Counted from the first letter of the whole stretch, positions 45,384 to 59,800 are shown. The stretch: 63,679 nucleotides of DNA, filler included, from Collodictyon triciliatum (GCA_043381765.1; 6 parts of 6 records of this genome joined end to end with filler, not necessarily neighbours in it), one strand, 5' to 3'. A program made the numbers and translations. Notes: generated by a model from the sequence alone, not told the origin.

Positions 45384-47065
45384 ATGAAGAAAAGAGCGCT
45401 TCCTCCCTGCTTTTCGTCAAGGGCAGCAAAAGCATCAATTGAGAATGGCGACGGACTCGCAGAGGCAAGCAATGGCCGACAACCTGATGCAGAGAACCCC
45501 ACTCCGGCGGCTGAAAGGCACACCGGAAGCGTTGAAGTAACACCGGCAAAAGGTGTGCGCAGGGAGATTTGCTTTTTGCTTTTTTGCATTTCGCATTTTT
45601 GCTTTTTACTTTTTGCTCTTTGAATTTTGCTCTTTGAATTTTGCTTTTTGCTTTTTGCATTTTTCTTTTTCTTTTCTTTTTCTTGTTTTTTTCTTGTTTT
45701 TTTCTTGTTTTTTTCTTGTTTTTGCCTTTTCCTTTTTGCATTTTTTGGCTGTTTATTATTTTTTTTGCCCCATTATATTATCATCGTTATCATCATGTAT
45801 CTTCATGCTCATATTCTTTACCAGCAGTTACTTCAATTCCGTTGAGTGTCGGAGGATATCCCAGACTTGTCTTTCAAGGAAAAATCAAAATCGCGCATTC
45901 AGCATCTGAAGCAGCTGCGATGGCTGAGTATGTCTATGAATACATTTCATGATATCATGATTTATATTTTATTACCTTACATGAATACTCCTTCTACAAA
46001 TAATAATACTTATAAATTACTACAAAGTTCTTATATTTACGAAATAGTTTCAGTTGAATTATAATACTTTGAAATAATTTTTAAGTGGATTACGTACGCC
46101 AGACAATTAATAGTATTGAAACCTCCGGCTATTGGATTCGACATTGAATGGACACCTAGTTTTCAAGTACAAAAAGTATATGGGAGCTAATTCAATTATC
46201 TTATCCATCAATCACGATATGTCAGATTTGAGTATATTTGAGCATACACTACTATAAGAAGAGACACGCAAAGTCATTTTTTTTATTCTACCGCATTTTC
46301 AATCATCTAATTTAATTTAATTTATGTATATTTATGAAAAAAAAGCCGCAAAACAAGGTTTCTCTATTACAATTGGCTACAAGCGATACCGCCTTCATTT
46401 TTTGTCTCATGAAATCAGGCGTGCCGGAGCAACTTAGGATCATCTTAGAATCAAAAGATATAATGAAGGTAGCAGCCAATCACCAATCAACATCGCGGCT
46501 CATATGTAAAACTTATATCGTCATCATAGTTAACAAGGAAACACAATTCGTTTTATAATCCGTCTTTTGGCGATTATAGCTACATAGCCTTTCGATTTCC
46601 TACTGCTTGAATGTTCTTTCCCCAAAAGGGCATCCACAGAAGCCCGATATGTAGCCAAATATAATATTTTTCATTAGTTTATCCACCTCCATACAGACAC
46701 CCACACACCCACACACCCACACACTCCTTTTATATACAAACTTTTTTTTTTTTTTTGCCATTAGGTTGGAGTCAACTCATGGCTTGACGCGAGAAAACTT
46801 GACAAAGATTATGGTCTCGACACCAAAGGATTCATCGATGTAGGAAACCTTGCAAATGATTTGAAGATTCAAAGGAATCCACACGGTCTTATCGGGGAAT
46901 CGAGCCGCTGGAGCCTTTCACTCCTGACCGAGCGTGTTCTTCGGAAGACAGTATTTTCTTTGATGAATCATTTCTTAAACCCTACTGGAAACCAACCAGC
47001 ATTCACACGGGCTCGACCTTAGTTATAACCGAGCCCAGGCCCAGAGACTTTTTCACATAATATTT

Positions 47066-47162
<97 letters not shown>

Positions 47163-47339
47163 TCTCCTTTCTTCTAATTATCTCACTTCGCAAACTCACA
47201 GTTGCGCAAGGACGAGGAAATTAGGATAGGGAATTGGGAAGCGGATTCTTTGTCACACAAACAGCTACTATATGCCGCCACAGACGCATACGCCGGGCTC
47301 TTAATATACGAAGCCATAAAAGACGCTCCTTTGCTCTAG
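45384..47339 (+). CDS. Stand-alone WRN/EXD2-type DEDDy 3'-5' exonuclease, 6 exons
   Basis: ExoI IGFDIEW, KVSLLQLAT, VPEQLRIILESKDIMK|VGVNSWLDARKLDKDYG, WSLSLLTERVL, and IRIGNWEADSLSHKQLLYAATDAY (ExoIII YxxxD). Stop TAG at 47337-47339. Confidence 0.92.
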
Positions 47340-47611
47340 CCCCAAAGGCATTATAAATAAATAAAAAAAATGTTGAAACTCATATAATCCCCTTAATCCC
47401 AGGATAACAAAAACAAGAAAACAAGAAAACAAAGAACAAAAAAACAAAAAAAAAAATAAAAAAAAAATGAAGCGACAGCCAAGCAGCCCCTTATCCAAGA
47501 AAGATCACACACCAGCACCTGCAACTATTTTCCAGCCCTTCCTTCACCCTGCCCTTTCTCCTTTGTCCGCGCAGCAACTTCTACTCACTAGCGAAAAAGG
47601 CCCCTTGTGCC

Positions 47612-48129
47612 ATGGGCATCATTCTCAACAAGTTGGCGTATCAGCCACCACCGCCAGGCTACCGTGATATCGACGGAGAGGTTTTCCCTAGATACCATCA
47701 GTCCTTTCATGCTCACTTCCCCTCCCGGCCCGGGGCTTTGTCCTTGGCCGTATATCAGACTTTTATCTCCCGTGACCAAAGCCAACGAGATGACTCCGTG
47801 CAGCAGCCGGACAATTCATCCAGGCTGCCAACTAAAGAAAATGTTGTATTAGGTGATATGGGACTTTGATATGGACTGGGGGTTTGGCGGCCTTGAACAC
47901 TTCCAGTATCTCAGAACAGACTCTCAGCGGGCAATAGCGACTCTTTATATCTCACATCCAGAGTAAGTTTGGGTCGGTTTTTTTCTCATGCGATCTCTAT
48001 TATTCGTGGATTCATAACTGAATAACTGTTCGCTTATTTACTAATCATACTAATCATAATGATAATAATAATGATGATAATAATGATAATAATGATAATA
48101 ATGATAATAATGATAATAATAACAATAAC

Positions 48130-48222
<93 letters not shown>

Positions 48223-49759
48223 TAAATAATAATAATACCGCAATTAAAAATCTACTTACAAGATGATGAAATTACAATAAATGTACTCTTATATATTGCC
48301 TTTTCTTCTTTTTATATCATTTTTAATAGGGAACCCTAAAGCAATCATCGAAAAGTTAATTATAAAACTCTTTAGGGTTTTCCTAACCTTCTCCACTCAT
48401 TTAAAATCCACAGGGCTACTCTGACAATACTATACAGTCACGGAAATGCAGAAGACTTGAATATGGCCCGTCGCTACATGTTGGAGGCATCGAAAACTCT
48501 CTGTGTATTGATTCATATCCCAATTCATTGAATCTCACAATCGATTTGAAATGATTCAAGATAAGAATTTAAGACAAATATTCATTTTTTTATCTGCGAC
48601 ACCCTTTTCAAATCAACAGGTTAATATCATTTGCTATGATTATGCTGGCTACGGACTTTCGGAAGGAATTTCTTGCGAATCAAACACATATGACGATATT
48701 GAGACAGTTTACAATCACCTGATTCACGATAGAAATGTTCTCCCAAAAAATATTGTCCTGTACAGCATTTATCACAGACTATATATTAGAGAAAATAATT
48801 GAAAGATTGTGTGATTTAATTGTTTTTTTTTCCAAAAGTAAAAATACGAATGGAAAATAATATACCAATTACGTATCTTTGATACTTGCGAATAAAAAAC
48901 GGTTGAATGATCGTACAATTCAATACAGACTCGGGAGGAGTCTTGGAAGTGGGCCTACTTGTGAATGTGCCCTGCGCCACGCAAACACAATCGGTGGGGC
49001 AATAATCCAGTCGGGGCTCTTATCTGCAATTCGTGTAGTCCAAGTATCATATTTTCATCGAAAGAGTTATATATGTATTACCATTATGATTATGGTAATT
49101 TTCTTGCTTTTTATAAGGAGTTTTCTAACCTCAATGACTTTGTGTAAACCGCCTGAAGGCAATACCAGGTCCTCTTTCGCTCTTTGACATATACAAAAAT
49201 TATGAAAAAGTTCAGTCAATAAGGTATTTTTTTTTCTCTACGCGACCAAAAACAGAAAAACATTTCGTGCTGTTTCGTTTTATCTTTATGGCTCAGTAGC
49301 AGAAAAGAAAAAAAGGAGAGAAATAAATAGATCTTATTTGCCTCAAGTTGAATTGTATTTAGATGTCCTGTTTATGTTATCCATGGTTCCGAAGACACTG
49401 TCATCCCCACGTATCACGGAAAGGTGAAACACCAATTTATTTTCTTTTTATTACAAACATAAGCTTCTACAATATGAAGTGAAAGATGAGAGCACTATTA
49501 AGGATACCTGTTTCTGCAAGTTTTTTTTTATCTATACAAAGTCGATAATAGAAGTTTTATTCAGGAACTAGCTGAGCTATGCTTTCGTCTATGGAGATGC
49601 TGGATTGTAGATAGTGCAGGCCACAATGATATTGAGTATCTGTACCAATCAACATATTTTGATAATATATCAGAGTTCCTTGCCCATGTCCTCTCCTATA
49701 CGGAGACTGAGCGAAAATCTATGGATAACTACGAAGCCAAGATCGAAATAAAGAAATAG
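47612..49759 (+). CDS. ABHD17: ABHD17-family alpha/beta hydrolase (protein depalmitoylase-like), 8 exons
   Basis: NKLAYQPPPPGY, TILYSHGNAEDL, NIICYDYAGYGLSEG, nucleophile elbow GRSLGSGPT, SGLLSAIRV, CPVYVIHGSEDTVIP and AGHNDIE. Confidence 0.9.
48056..48237. repeat. (AAT/GAT)n trinucleotide microsatellite, intronic
   Basis: Direct reading. Confidence 0.9.
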
Positions 49760-49913
49760 CCCATATACTTTAGAATACAGCAATTGTCATTATTTTCTCC
49801 ATCCGTACGATTTTCGAAAAGGAAACTCATTCTGATTTTTTTTTTTATTTATTTTCCAACAAAATCTGTGCAGTACTTGATCCGGTTTTGTTTTTAAGAT
49901 GGTAGCTAGTAAG

Positions 49914-51511
49914 TCAAGCAGACGGTGGGAATTGCTTCATCCACAAATTACGAAGGTATATATGTTGTCGCTGGGCATATTCCATGAGAGGCATAGAAAG
50001 GGACACGAAATCGCTTCTTACGAGAATCATGGCAATCACTTGGTCAATAAGCTGGAGATGTTCTTCGTTCTGTGTTTCTGGTTCCTATACTCGTTATTAT
50101 AAGTGAAAGATTGTTCAAATTTACACCAATGGTACATGCAGTCATATCAGAAAAATAAAATATGAAATAATTACAGGAAGCTCGGTGGTGAAAGTGTTTC
50201 TCACTGAATCTGAATTGATCGAAATCGTTACAATGGTGAGTTGATATGAATTTTCCTTGAGAAAAGAGAAAAAAATCATCCATATAAAGCTAAAAAAACA
50301 AAAACAAAAACAAAAACAAAAACAAAAACAAAAACAAAAACAAAAACAAAAACAAAAACAAAAACAAAAACAAAAACAAACACAATAAACAATAAACAAC
50401 AACCATGCATTTGCTCTGTGGTTTTCATCTTCTTTTCCTCCTCCATGATACAAGCCAGATTTTCCAGCTCTTCGCTCATATCTGCTTTCCAGGTAGGAAG
50501 TCTGTGACAATCATCGATGGCCAATTTTAGTTCGTTTAACGGAAGCCAAGCTGTAGGCCTCCGAACCACCTAGCAAAAAGGACCATTTCAATACTGCAGT
50601 GCTGCTGATTTCGATATTGTTAAAATTAATAGAAAGGAAAAATGAAAATATCAACATGAGGCGATAGTAGATAAAATGTCATTAATGTATTCTATCGTTT
50701 TGTACAGTACAGTACAGTACAAAAAAATAAAAAATAAAAAATAAAAAATAAAAAATAAAAAATAAAAAATAAAAAATAAAAAATAAAAAAATAAAAGAAA
50801 AAGAAAAGAAAAAGAAAAAGAAAAGAAAAGAAAAAGAAAAAGAAAAAGAAAAAGAAAAAGAAAAAGAAAAAGAAAAAGAAAAAGAAAAAGAAAAAGAAAA
50901 AGAAAAAGAAAAAGAAAAAGAGGAGGGATTAATCATCGAGAATTGTAGGAATAGTCAATCCAATCAGCAACCTGAAAACACTGCTTTACTGAGCGACCTT
51001 CACATATGGAAGGGTAGCCAAACCTAGAGATAATTGGCTTCTTTGGGCCCGAATACTTTGATTCCAATAAAGCAATCAATCTTGCTGACTTCAAATCGCT
51101 CGTGTGATACGCGAATCCTTTCTCAAACCACTCCTCCAGACGAGTCTCCCACGTAGCCTCAAAGTCCTTCATTAGCATTTGTAGCATCATCTCATTCTCG
51201 TAGGATTTTTCTCCCCGATATAGCCTTGAGCGAGAGACCTTTGTCCAGTCGATTACTAGCATCGGTTTGTCCTTGGCCATGGGCTCTGCAGTCTCGACAC
51301 ACACAGAGAAATCATCCGGATTATTTTCATCCAAAAGAGAAGGTTTTTGCGAGCTCGAAGGATTAGATAAACGACCCATATTTCCTTCGCTCAAATCATC
51401 GTTATCATCTTCTTTGTCGCAGTCATACCCATCTCCTGAGTCATACCCTTCGGTTTGTTTACTGTTCTTCGTGCGAGACCTAGGAAGGCGTGATGCTGAG
51501 GGCATGAAATT

Positions 51512-51594
<83 letters not shown>

Positions 51595-52033
51595 TATCCC
51601 CTTCTTCACCTCCGAATGTATCCTCTTCATCTTGGTCGCTTCCTTGATCATCCCCATTCATCCGCGCGTATATCTTAGCCTCCACTTCTACCTCTTTGTC
51701 CAGTTTTCCTTGCAAAAGAAGAACGAATGATTCATCATCAAGTTCAACCCATTCGGCGGGTGTCTCACTCGTTTGTTTCTCTTCGCCCTTCTTCTCCAAG
51801 GAGAGGCACCTGTCAAACGTTGCAGCAAGCCAGTTCTGATCAGAGTCGTCTCTCACTTTTTGAGCTGAACGCACCGCTTCTTCCATTTCCAACGCTGAGA
51901 AGGGCTCCGCGACGTGAAAAGAGAGCGAGTTTTCGAGTGCTTCAAAGACTTTTGTGTCTCCAAAAGATTTGTAAGCGGCCGTCTCTTCAGTCCAATGCGC
52001 TTCCCATGATTCGGGTGGATCAGTCGACTCCAT
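49914..52033 (-). CDS. Hypothetical acidic protein with a poly-Asp tract, 4 exons
   Basis: A large first exon (MESTDPPESWE..KQCFQ) followed by three phase-consistent GT-AG exons ending LRNLWMKQFPPSA-stop. No family recognised. Confidence 0.7.
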
Positions 52034-52176
52034 TCCTGACCAAGCCGCAGCGCTAGCGACGATGCGGTCTATCAACAAAGTGGCTCTGTATTAGGCAGAG
52101 TTTCTTTTCTTGCTTCATAGACGCCTTGGCCCAACAGTTTTTCTTCGTTAACGTATCTGATTGCGCTATTTTTTTC

Positions 52177-52252
<76 letters not shown>

Positions 52253-52389
52253 AGCAAGCATTCGAATAAAGTAAAGAGCGTCTGTATTTTGAAAAAGAAG
52301 CAGGGGGCATATAAAATAAGCGACCTTGGGAAAATTAGGTTTCTTAAAGATTGATTCCAAAGACCCTTAACGAAAGACATTATGATTAT

Positions 52390-53072
52390 ATGTTATTCTT
52401 CGTTTATATCTGTGCAAGATGATGGGGATGTTGACTTGTTTCGCTAGCCATTGTTTGCATGGGCGTTACTTGTTGGCCGGGTGGCGGAGAAGCAGTCGGT
52501 AATCAGGAATTGCATCCTGCGGTTTGGCCTGTAGCCTGGGTTTTGTGCTTGCATGAGAGAGACAAGGCGAGGTTTAATATCTTTCTCAGCCTCTTTCCAC
52601 ATGTCTCTTCTCACAGGGTCGGAGTAGTAGAGAACGTGCAGGTGGCGAAGAAAGCTGTTGAGAAAAGATATTCGTATGATGTCATTCAGCCTGTTATCAG
52701 GAATGGGTGTCTGGTTGTTGAGTCTTGCTTTGCGTGAGTATATGCGCGCTATCCACATAGTCCATAGCAAATGGCATCACGTCACTCCCAGAATGTTTTT
52801 GCATCTGGACGCAGCTGTTACAGACGCCCAAACATCGCCTGGATTGGGCCAACGGCTGCAGCCGTCTTGAGTGTCAGCCGAAGAATCTCACAGGCTGTTT
52901 CGCGCAGGTTTTGAGCGAAGGGACATTGCACAAATGTGTGCTCAATGGACTCATCACCGTTGCTGCAAAGTGCGCATTGTTAGGAGACTTTGCCAGCTTT
53001 TGCCGCGCGTGTGCCTATCCATAGCTCCCTATTGGTGATATTAAGCATTAGAGAGCGGTGATTTGGAAGGAC
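52390..53072 (-). mobile_element. 3' end of an L1/Tx1-like non-LTR retrotransposon ORF2, degenerate, truncated by contig end
   Basis: ELWIGTRAAK..CALCSNGDESIEHTFVQCP (CxxC..H...C zinc finger) and LWTMWIAR, with an in-frame stop and frameshifts. It is a near copy of 33156-33718. Confidence 0.8.
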
Positions 53073-53172
53073 NNNNNNNNNNNNNNNNNNNNNNNNNNNN
53101 NNNNNNNNNNNNNNNNTTAATTAATTAANNNNNNNNNNNNNNNNNNNNNNNNNNNNNNNNNNNNNNNNNNNN
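53073..53172. other. Artificial contig spacer
   Basis: 44 N + TTAATTAATTAA + 44 N. Confidence 0.97.
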
Positions 53173-53870
53173 GAAGTGCTTAAATATGTACCTAAACCTC
53201 ATGTTGAATGATATTGAAATTGAAAAGGATACCCAGCAAAAGTAGGATATATTCCCTTCATTGCATAAAATTGATGTAAATAGGATATTAAGATGCCGTT
53301 TATATAATTTTGAGATTTTATTCTAGATATGTTTCCAATTTTAATTACAAATTGCGAAATACTTCCACTTATTTTAATTGACTAGTTACATTTATTCCAT
53401 CAATATTCAAATATTCATTTTAATTAAACATATCCACCTGATACTGATATGTAATTATTATTTTAAAAAATATCCATCAAAACTATGTTTTTTTTTGTTA
53501 TTTAAATATCATATTTAAGGGAATTATTCTCATGAACCTTAAATGAATTTATCAATAATAAAATGCAATTTTCTCCAGTTATTAATTTTCACTGAGAGTA
53601 TTTATATTAAGGATGTCTTGCACAAATATAGAGATGAATTTATTTTTGTATAATCAGCTATTAATTGAAAAAATTACATGAATAACTTCAGCTCAAGAGA
53701 GAATATAGCCTATATCCAAAAACCAATTCCAACTTTTTTAAGCCTCTCTTTTCATCATCTATGATACTTTTTCATTGAGTTTAAAATTGAAACCATATAA
53801 ATTTAATATAATAAATCAAAGAGTATTCAATTAATTCGTTATTATCTTTCTTACAATCACAGCTTCACAA

Positions 53871-56800
53871 ATGCCTGTAAGATTATCTCCTGTGCGCATC
53901 GCTATAGGTAGCCATTATAATCTAACAATATCTTAGTATTTTGTAGTAAAACTTTATTTTAGTAGGGATAATCATCTTCAGAAATATTCTATCATGCATG
54001 GCTCAAGTATCATCGATTTACACAGTCGGAACAGGTCATACTAATATTGTTAGGAGTGTTGCTGTTACTCCTGATGGCTCAAAAATTGTTTCTGGAAGTA
54101 CTGATTGCACCATCAAAATCTGGCATGTTTTGGACGGAACTTTGATTCGCACATTGATTGGTCATACGAACTTTGTCTTAAGTGTTGCTATTACTCCTGA
54201 TGGCTCAAAAATCGTTTCTGGAGGTGATGATTGGACGATAAGAATTTGGAGTCTTTCTGACGGAAATTTGATTCGCACATTGACTGGTCATACTGGACCT
54301 ATCTATGGTGTTGCTATTACTCCTGATGGCTCAAAAATTGTTTCTGGAAGTTGGGACCGAAGTATTAAAACTTGGAATGTTTTGGATGGAACTTTGATTC
54401 ACACTTTGATGGGTCATACTGATTGGGTTATTGGTGTTGCTGTTACTCATGATGGCTCAAAAATTGTTTCTGGAAGTCTCGATAACGAAATAAAAATTTG
54501 GAATCTTTCTGACGGAACTTTGATTCGCACATTGATTGGTCATACGAACTTTGTCTTAAGTGTTGCTATTACTCCTGATGACTCAAAAATTGTTTCTGGA
54601 AGCGCTTGGCCAGATAATACAATCAAAATTTGGAATCTTTCTGATGGAACTATCATTCGAACATTGAATGGTCATACTGATTGGGTTAACAGTGTTGTTG
54701 TTACTCCCGATGGATTTAATATTGTTTCTGGAAGTGGAGACCGAACAATAAAAATCTGGAATCTTTCTGATGGAGCTTTGATTCGCACTTTCACTGGTCA
54801 CCTTGCTAGTGTATTAAGTGTTTCTGTCACTCCTGATAGTTCAAAAATTATCTCTGGAAGCCATGACCGAACTGTAAGACTTTGGAATTTCTCTGATGGA
54901 AGCTTAATTTACTCAAGAGGCTCTAGAATTACAAGTATTTCTTCGTCTCAGTCGAAATCAATATCCATATCAGGACATTCAGACAGTGTTATCAGAATTA
55001 GGAAATTATCCGATGGTGCATTAATTCTCTCCTTGAATGGTCATTCGGACGTGGTGAACACATTAATATTATCACCAGATAGCTCCAAAGTAATTTCTGG
55101 AAGCAATGATAAATTAATCAAAATATGGAACGTGGATGATGGAGTTTTTATTCAATCATTTGAAATCCATACTGATGCTGTCAACTCAGTTTCTTTAACT
55201 GCAGATGGAACAAAAATTATATCTGGAAGTAGCGATAAAACAATAAAAATTACAAGCATTTCTGATGGAGCTGTAACTCGTACGTTAACTGGGCACACTG
55301 GAATTGTAACGAGCCTTGCTTTAACTCCCGATAATTCAAAAATTGTGTCCGGAAGTGCTGACAAAACAATCAAAGTTTGGAATTTTTTTGATGGAACACT
55401 AGTCCAAGATATAAAAGTTCACTCTGATGCAGTAAACTCAGTTGCTTTAACTACAGATGGAACAAAAATTGTTTCTGCAAGCAGCGATAAAACAATCAAA
55501 ATAACAAGCATTTTAGATGGAACTTTAATTCGCACTCTCAGTGGACACACTGGAATCGTTAAAACAGTCTCAATTTCTACGGACGGCTCCAAGATTATTT
55601 CTGGAGGCAGTGATTGGACAATTAGAATTTGGAGTTTTTCAAATGGAGTGACTATACATATCATGAATGAACATGGAGTTACAATTAATGGAATTTCAGT
55701 TCTCTCTGATGGCTCCATATTTTTATCAGGAAGCGACGACACAACAATCAAATTGTGGAAAATTCCTGATTTCAGTTTGATTTTGACTGTTTCAGGCCAC
55801 CCAAGTTCAGTGAATAGCGTTTCTTTAAGCCCAGATAAAACAAAAATTGTGTCAGGAGGTAGTGACAATACAGTAAGAATTTGGAATTATGCTGATGGTT
55901 CTCAAGCGCTTTCAATAAATGCCCATACAAGCGCTGTGAATAGTATAGTTGTTTCGGCTGATGGAACAAAAATAGTGTCAGGAAGCAGTGACAAGACAAT
56001 TAAATTGTGGAATTTCTCAGATGGTTTGTTATTAAAAACCTTAAGTGGCCATACTGCAGCTGTTCGAAGCGTTGTAATATCATCAGATAGTTCCGTTATA
56101 GTATCAGGAAGCGATGATACAAATATAAATATTTGGAGAGTTTCAGATGGAATTTTAACTCGTACCTTATCAGGACATACCAAAGGAGTGAATTATGTTT
56201 TCATCACTCCAGATAACGCAAAAATCGTATCAGGCAGTGCTGATTTTTCAATAAAATTATGGAATTCGTCAGATGGAGTATTGATAAGAACCATAACCGG
56301 TCACGGAAATGCAGTCAGATGTGTTATTACCTCTCCAGATGGAACAAGAATCATCTCTGGAAGTAGCGATAACACAATCAAAATTTGGAACATATTAGAT
56401 GGCATATTAATTCGAACAATAACAGGGCACTCAAGCTCAGTAAATAGCATTTCAATATCACCTGATGGAACAAAATTATATTCTGGGAGCAGTGATAAAT
56501 CAGTCAAAATTTGGACAATATCAGACGGAAGAGAAATTCGAACACTTTTGAGTCACACCGATTCCGTTAATAGTGTTTTCGCAACTTCAGACTCAAAAAT
56601 AGTTTCAGCGAGCACTGATAGATTTATCAAAGTATGGAGTCCATGCCAAGGAGGATACTTTTTCAATCAACAATCAAATGCATGCGAAAAATGTCCAACT
56701 GGAACTTACAATAATGGAAATGAGCTCACCTCTTGTTTATTATGTCCAACTGGAACTTGTAATCCATCAACCGGCTCCACAAGTATTAGAGATTGTCTTT

Positions 56801-59800
56801 TTTGTGAGGAAGGAACATACAATAATCTTTTGGGTCAATCAATTTGCAAAAAATGTGAAGCTGGAACATTTAATAATCTAAAGGGGCAATTAGCATGTAG
56901 TAATTGTACTGTTGGATTTTACAGCAATTCAGGAGATAAGTCGTGTGCTCCGTGCCCTGCAGGAACTTTCAATCCAAGCATCCGAGGTGCTGGAAATTCA
57001 TCATGTCTTTTATGTGGACCAGGAACATACAACAGCGTTGATGGAAAGTCAAGCTGCTTAGCTTGTCCTGTTGGGTTTTTCATGAACGAGAAAGGAAAGC
57101 AATTTTGTATCACATGCCCCACTGGTACTTACTCAAATAAAACGAAATCAATCACCTGTGAAAAATGCCTGGCTGGTTCATTCAATCCTAATGTTGCATC
57201 AACCAGTGTAAGCAGCTGTCAACCGTGTCCTAAAGGAAGATTTTCATCAAAAACTGGCGAATCAACATGTGAACTTTGTCAGCCTGGCTCATTCAATCAA
57301 TACATCGGCCAGATTTCATGTCTTGAATGTCTTTTAGGAACTTTTAATCCAAAGTTTGGTTCAATAAGCAACGCATCATGTATCGAATGTCCAGTAGGAA
57401 CTTTTGGAAACAGTAACAGAGACGACTGCACATCATGTCCAGCTGGAACATTCAACAACAAAACTGGCTCATTCAATCAATCATCATGTATTTCATGTCC
57501 GAATGGGAGCTACAGCTCAGAAAGAAGTGCATCGTGCAGCTCATGCTCATCAGGATACTATCAAAAAGAAGGCATCACAAAAGATTCGAAATCATGCTAC
57601 GCTTGTCCAAAAGGCACATTCAACTCAAACTCCGGCTCATATGGAAACAAATCATGCATTGAATGTCCACAAGGTACTTGGAATGATAGAAATGGACAGG
57701 CATCGTGCACATCATGTCCAGCTGGGACATTCAACAATAATACTGGCTCATTGAATCCATCATCATGTATTTCATGTTCATATGGAACCTACAGCTCAGC
57801 AAGAAGCTCATCGTGCAGCATATGTTCATCAGGTTTCTATCAAAAAGAAGAAATCACAAAGGACTCAAAATCATGCTATGCTTGTCCAAAAGGCACATTC
57901 AACTCAAACTCCGGCTCATATGGGAACAAATCATGTATTGAATGTCCACAAGGTACTTGGAATGATAAAGATGGCCAAGCATCATGCACATCATGTCCAG
58001 CTGGTACATTCAACAATAATACTGGCTCATTGAATCCATCATCATGTATTTCATGTCCAAATGGAAGCTACAGCTCAGAAAGAAGCGCATCATGCACATT
58101 ATGCTCGCCAGGATTCTATCAAAAAGAAGGCATCACAAAAAATTCAAGCTCATGCTATGCATGTCCAAAAGGCACATTCAACTCAAACTCCGGCTCATAT
58201 GGAAGCTCATCATGTGTCGAATGTCCACAAGGGACTTGGAATGATAGAAATGGTCAAGCGTCATGCACATCATGTCCAGCTGGGACATTCAACGACAAAA
58301 CTGGCTCATTCAACCAATCATCATGCATTTCATGTCCAAATGGAAGCTACAGCCCAGAAAGAAGCTCATCATGCAGCTCTTGCTCATCAGGATTCTATCA
58401 AAAAGAAGACATCACAAAAGACTCAAATTCATGTTATGCTTGCCCAAAAGGCACATTCAACTCAAACTTCGGCTCATATGGAAACAAATCATGTGTCGAA
58501 TGCCCACAAGGGACTTCGAATGATGGAGATGGTCAATCATCATGCACATCATGTCCAGCCGGTACATTCAACAATAAAACTGGCTCATTCGACGAAAGAT
58601 CATGCATCTCATGTCCAAATAGAAGTTATAGCTCTGTTGGTAGTGCATCATGCATTTCATGTTCACCAGGATTGTATCAAAAAGAAGAAAACATAAAAGA
58701 CTCACAATCATGCTATGCTTGTCCAAAAGGCACATTCAACTCAAAATCTGGCTCATATGGAAATAAATCATGCATCGAATGTCCACAAGGGACTTGGAAT
58801 GATAAAGACGGTCAAGCATCATGCACGTCTTGTCCAGCTGGTACATTCAACAACAACACTGGTTTATACAATCAATCATCATGCACTTCATGTTCAAATG
58901 GAAGCTACAGCTCACCAGGAAGCTCATCATGCAGCTTATGTTCACCAGGATTATATCAAAAAGAGAAAGCTATTAAAGATTCAAGCTCATGTTATGCTTG
59001 TCCAAAAGGCACATTCAACTCAAACTCCGGCTCATATGGAAACAAATCATGTACTGAATGTCCACAAGGCACTTGGAATGATAGAGAGGGTAAAGCATCA
59101 TGCACACCATGTTCATCTGGGACATTCAACAACAAAACTGGCTCATTTGATGAATCATCATGCATTTCATGTCCAAATGGAAGCCACAGCCCAGAAAGAA
59201 GCTCATCATGCAGCTTATGTTTATCAGGATTCTATCAAAAAGAAGAAATCTCAAAAAATTCAAAATCATGCTATGCTTGTCCAAAAGGCACACTCAACTC
59301 AAAATCTGGCTCATATGGAGACAAATCATGTACTGAATGTCCACAAGGTACTTGGAACGATAAAGATGGTCAAGCATCATGCGCATCATGTCCCGCTGGT
59401 ACTTCAAACAACAAAACTGGCTCATTTAATCAATCTTCATGCATTTCATGTTCAGATGGAAGTTACAGCTCAGTTGGAAGCTCATCATGCACATTATGCT
59501 CGCCAGGATTCTATCAAAAAGAAGAAATCATAAAAGACTCACAATCATGCTATGCTTGTCCAAAAGGCACATTCAACTCAAAATCTGGCTCATATGGAAA
59601 CGTATCATGTATCGAATGTCCACAAGGTACTTGGAATGATAGAGATGGTCAAGCATCATGCACATCATGTCCAGCTGGTACATTCAACAACAGAACCGGC
59701 TCATTCAATCAATCATCGTGCATTTCATGTCCAAACGGAAGCTACAGCTCAGAGAGAAGCTCGTCGTGCAGCTTATGTTCACAAGGATTCTATCAAAAAG

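Noticed and set aside
52179-52250. Poly(T) tract as the poly(A) tail of the adjacent LINE fragment
   Set aside because: Similarity between the two LINE copies ends near 52390, ~140 nt away, and long A/T tracts are common throughout the window.
53173-53760. Coding-like minus-strand fragments upstream of the giant gene
   Set aside because: The region is very AT-rich and stop-ridden with no recognisable motif, so a call cannot be supported.
54583-56507. Minus-strand ORFs with repeated LSLLPDTIF motifs
   Set aside because: They are antisense shadows of the WD40 repeats.
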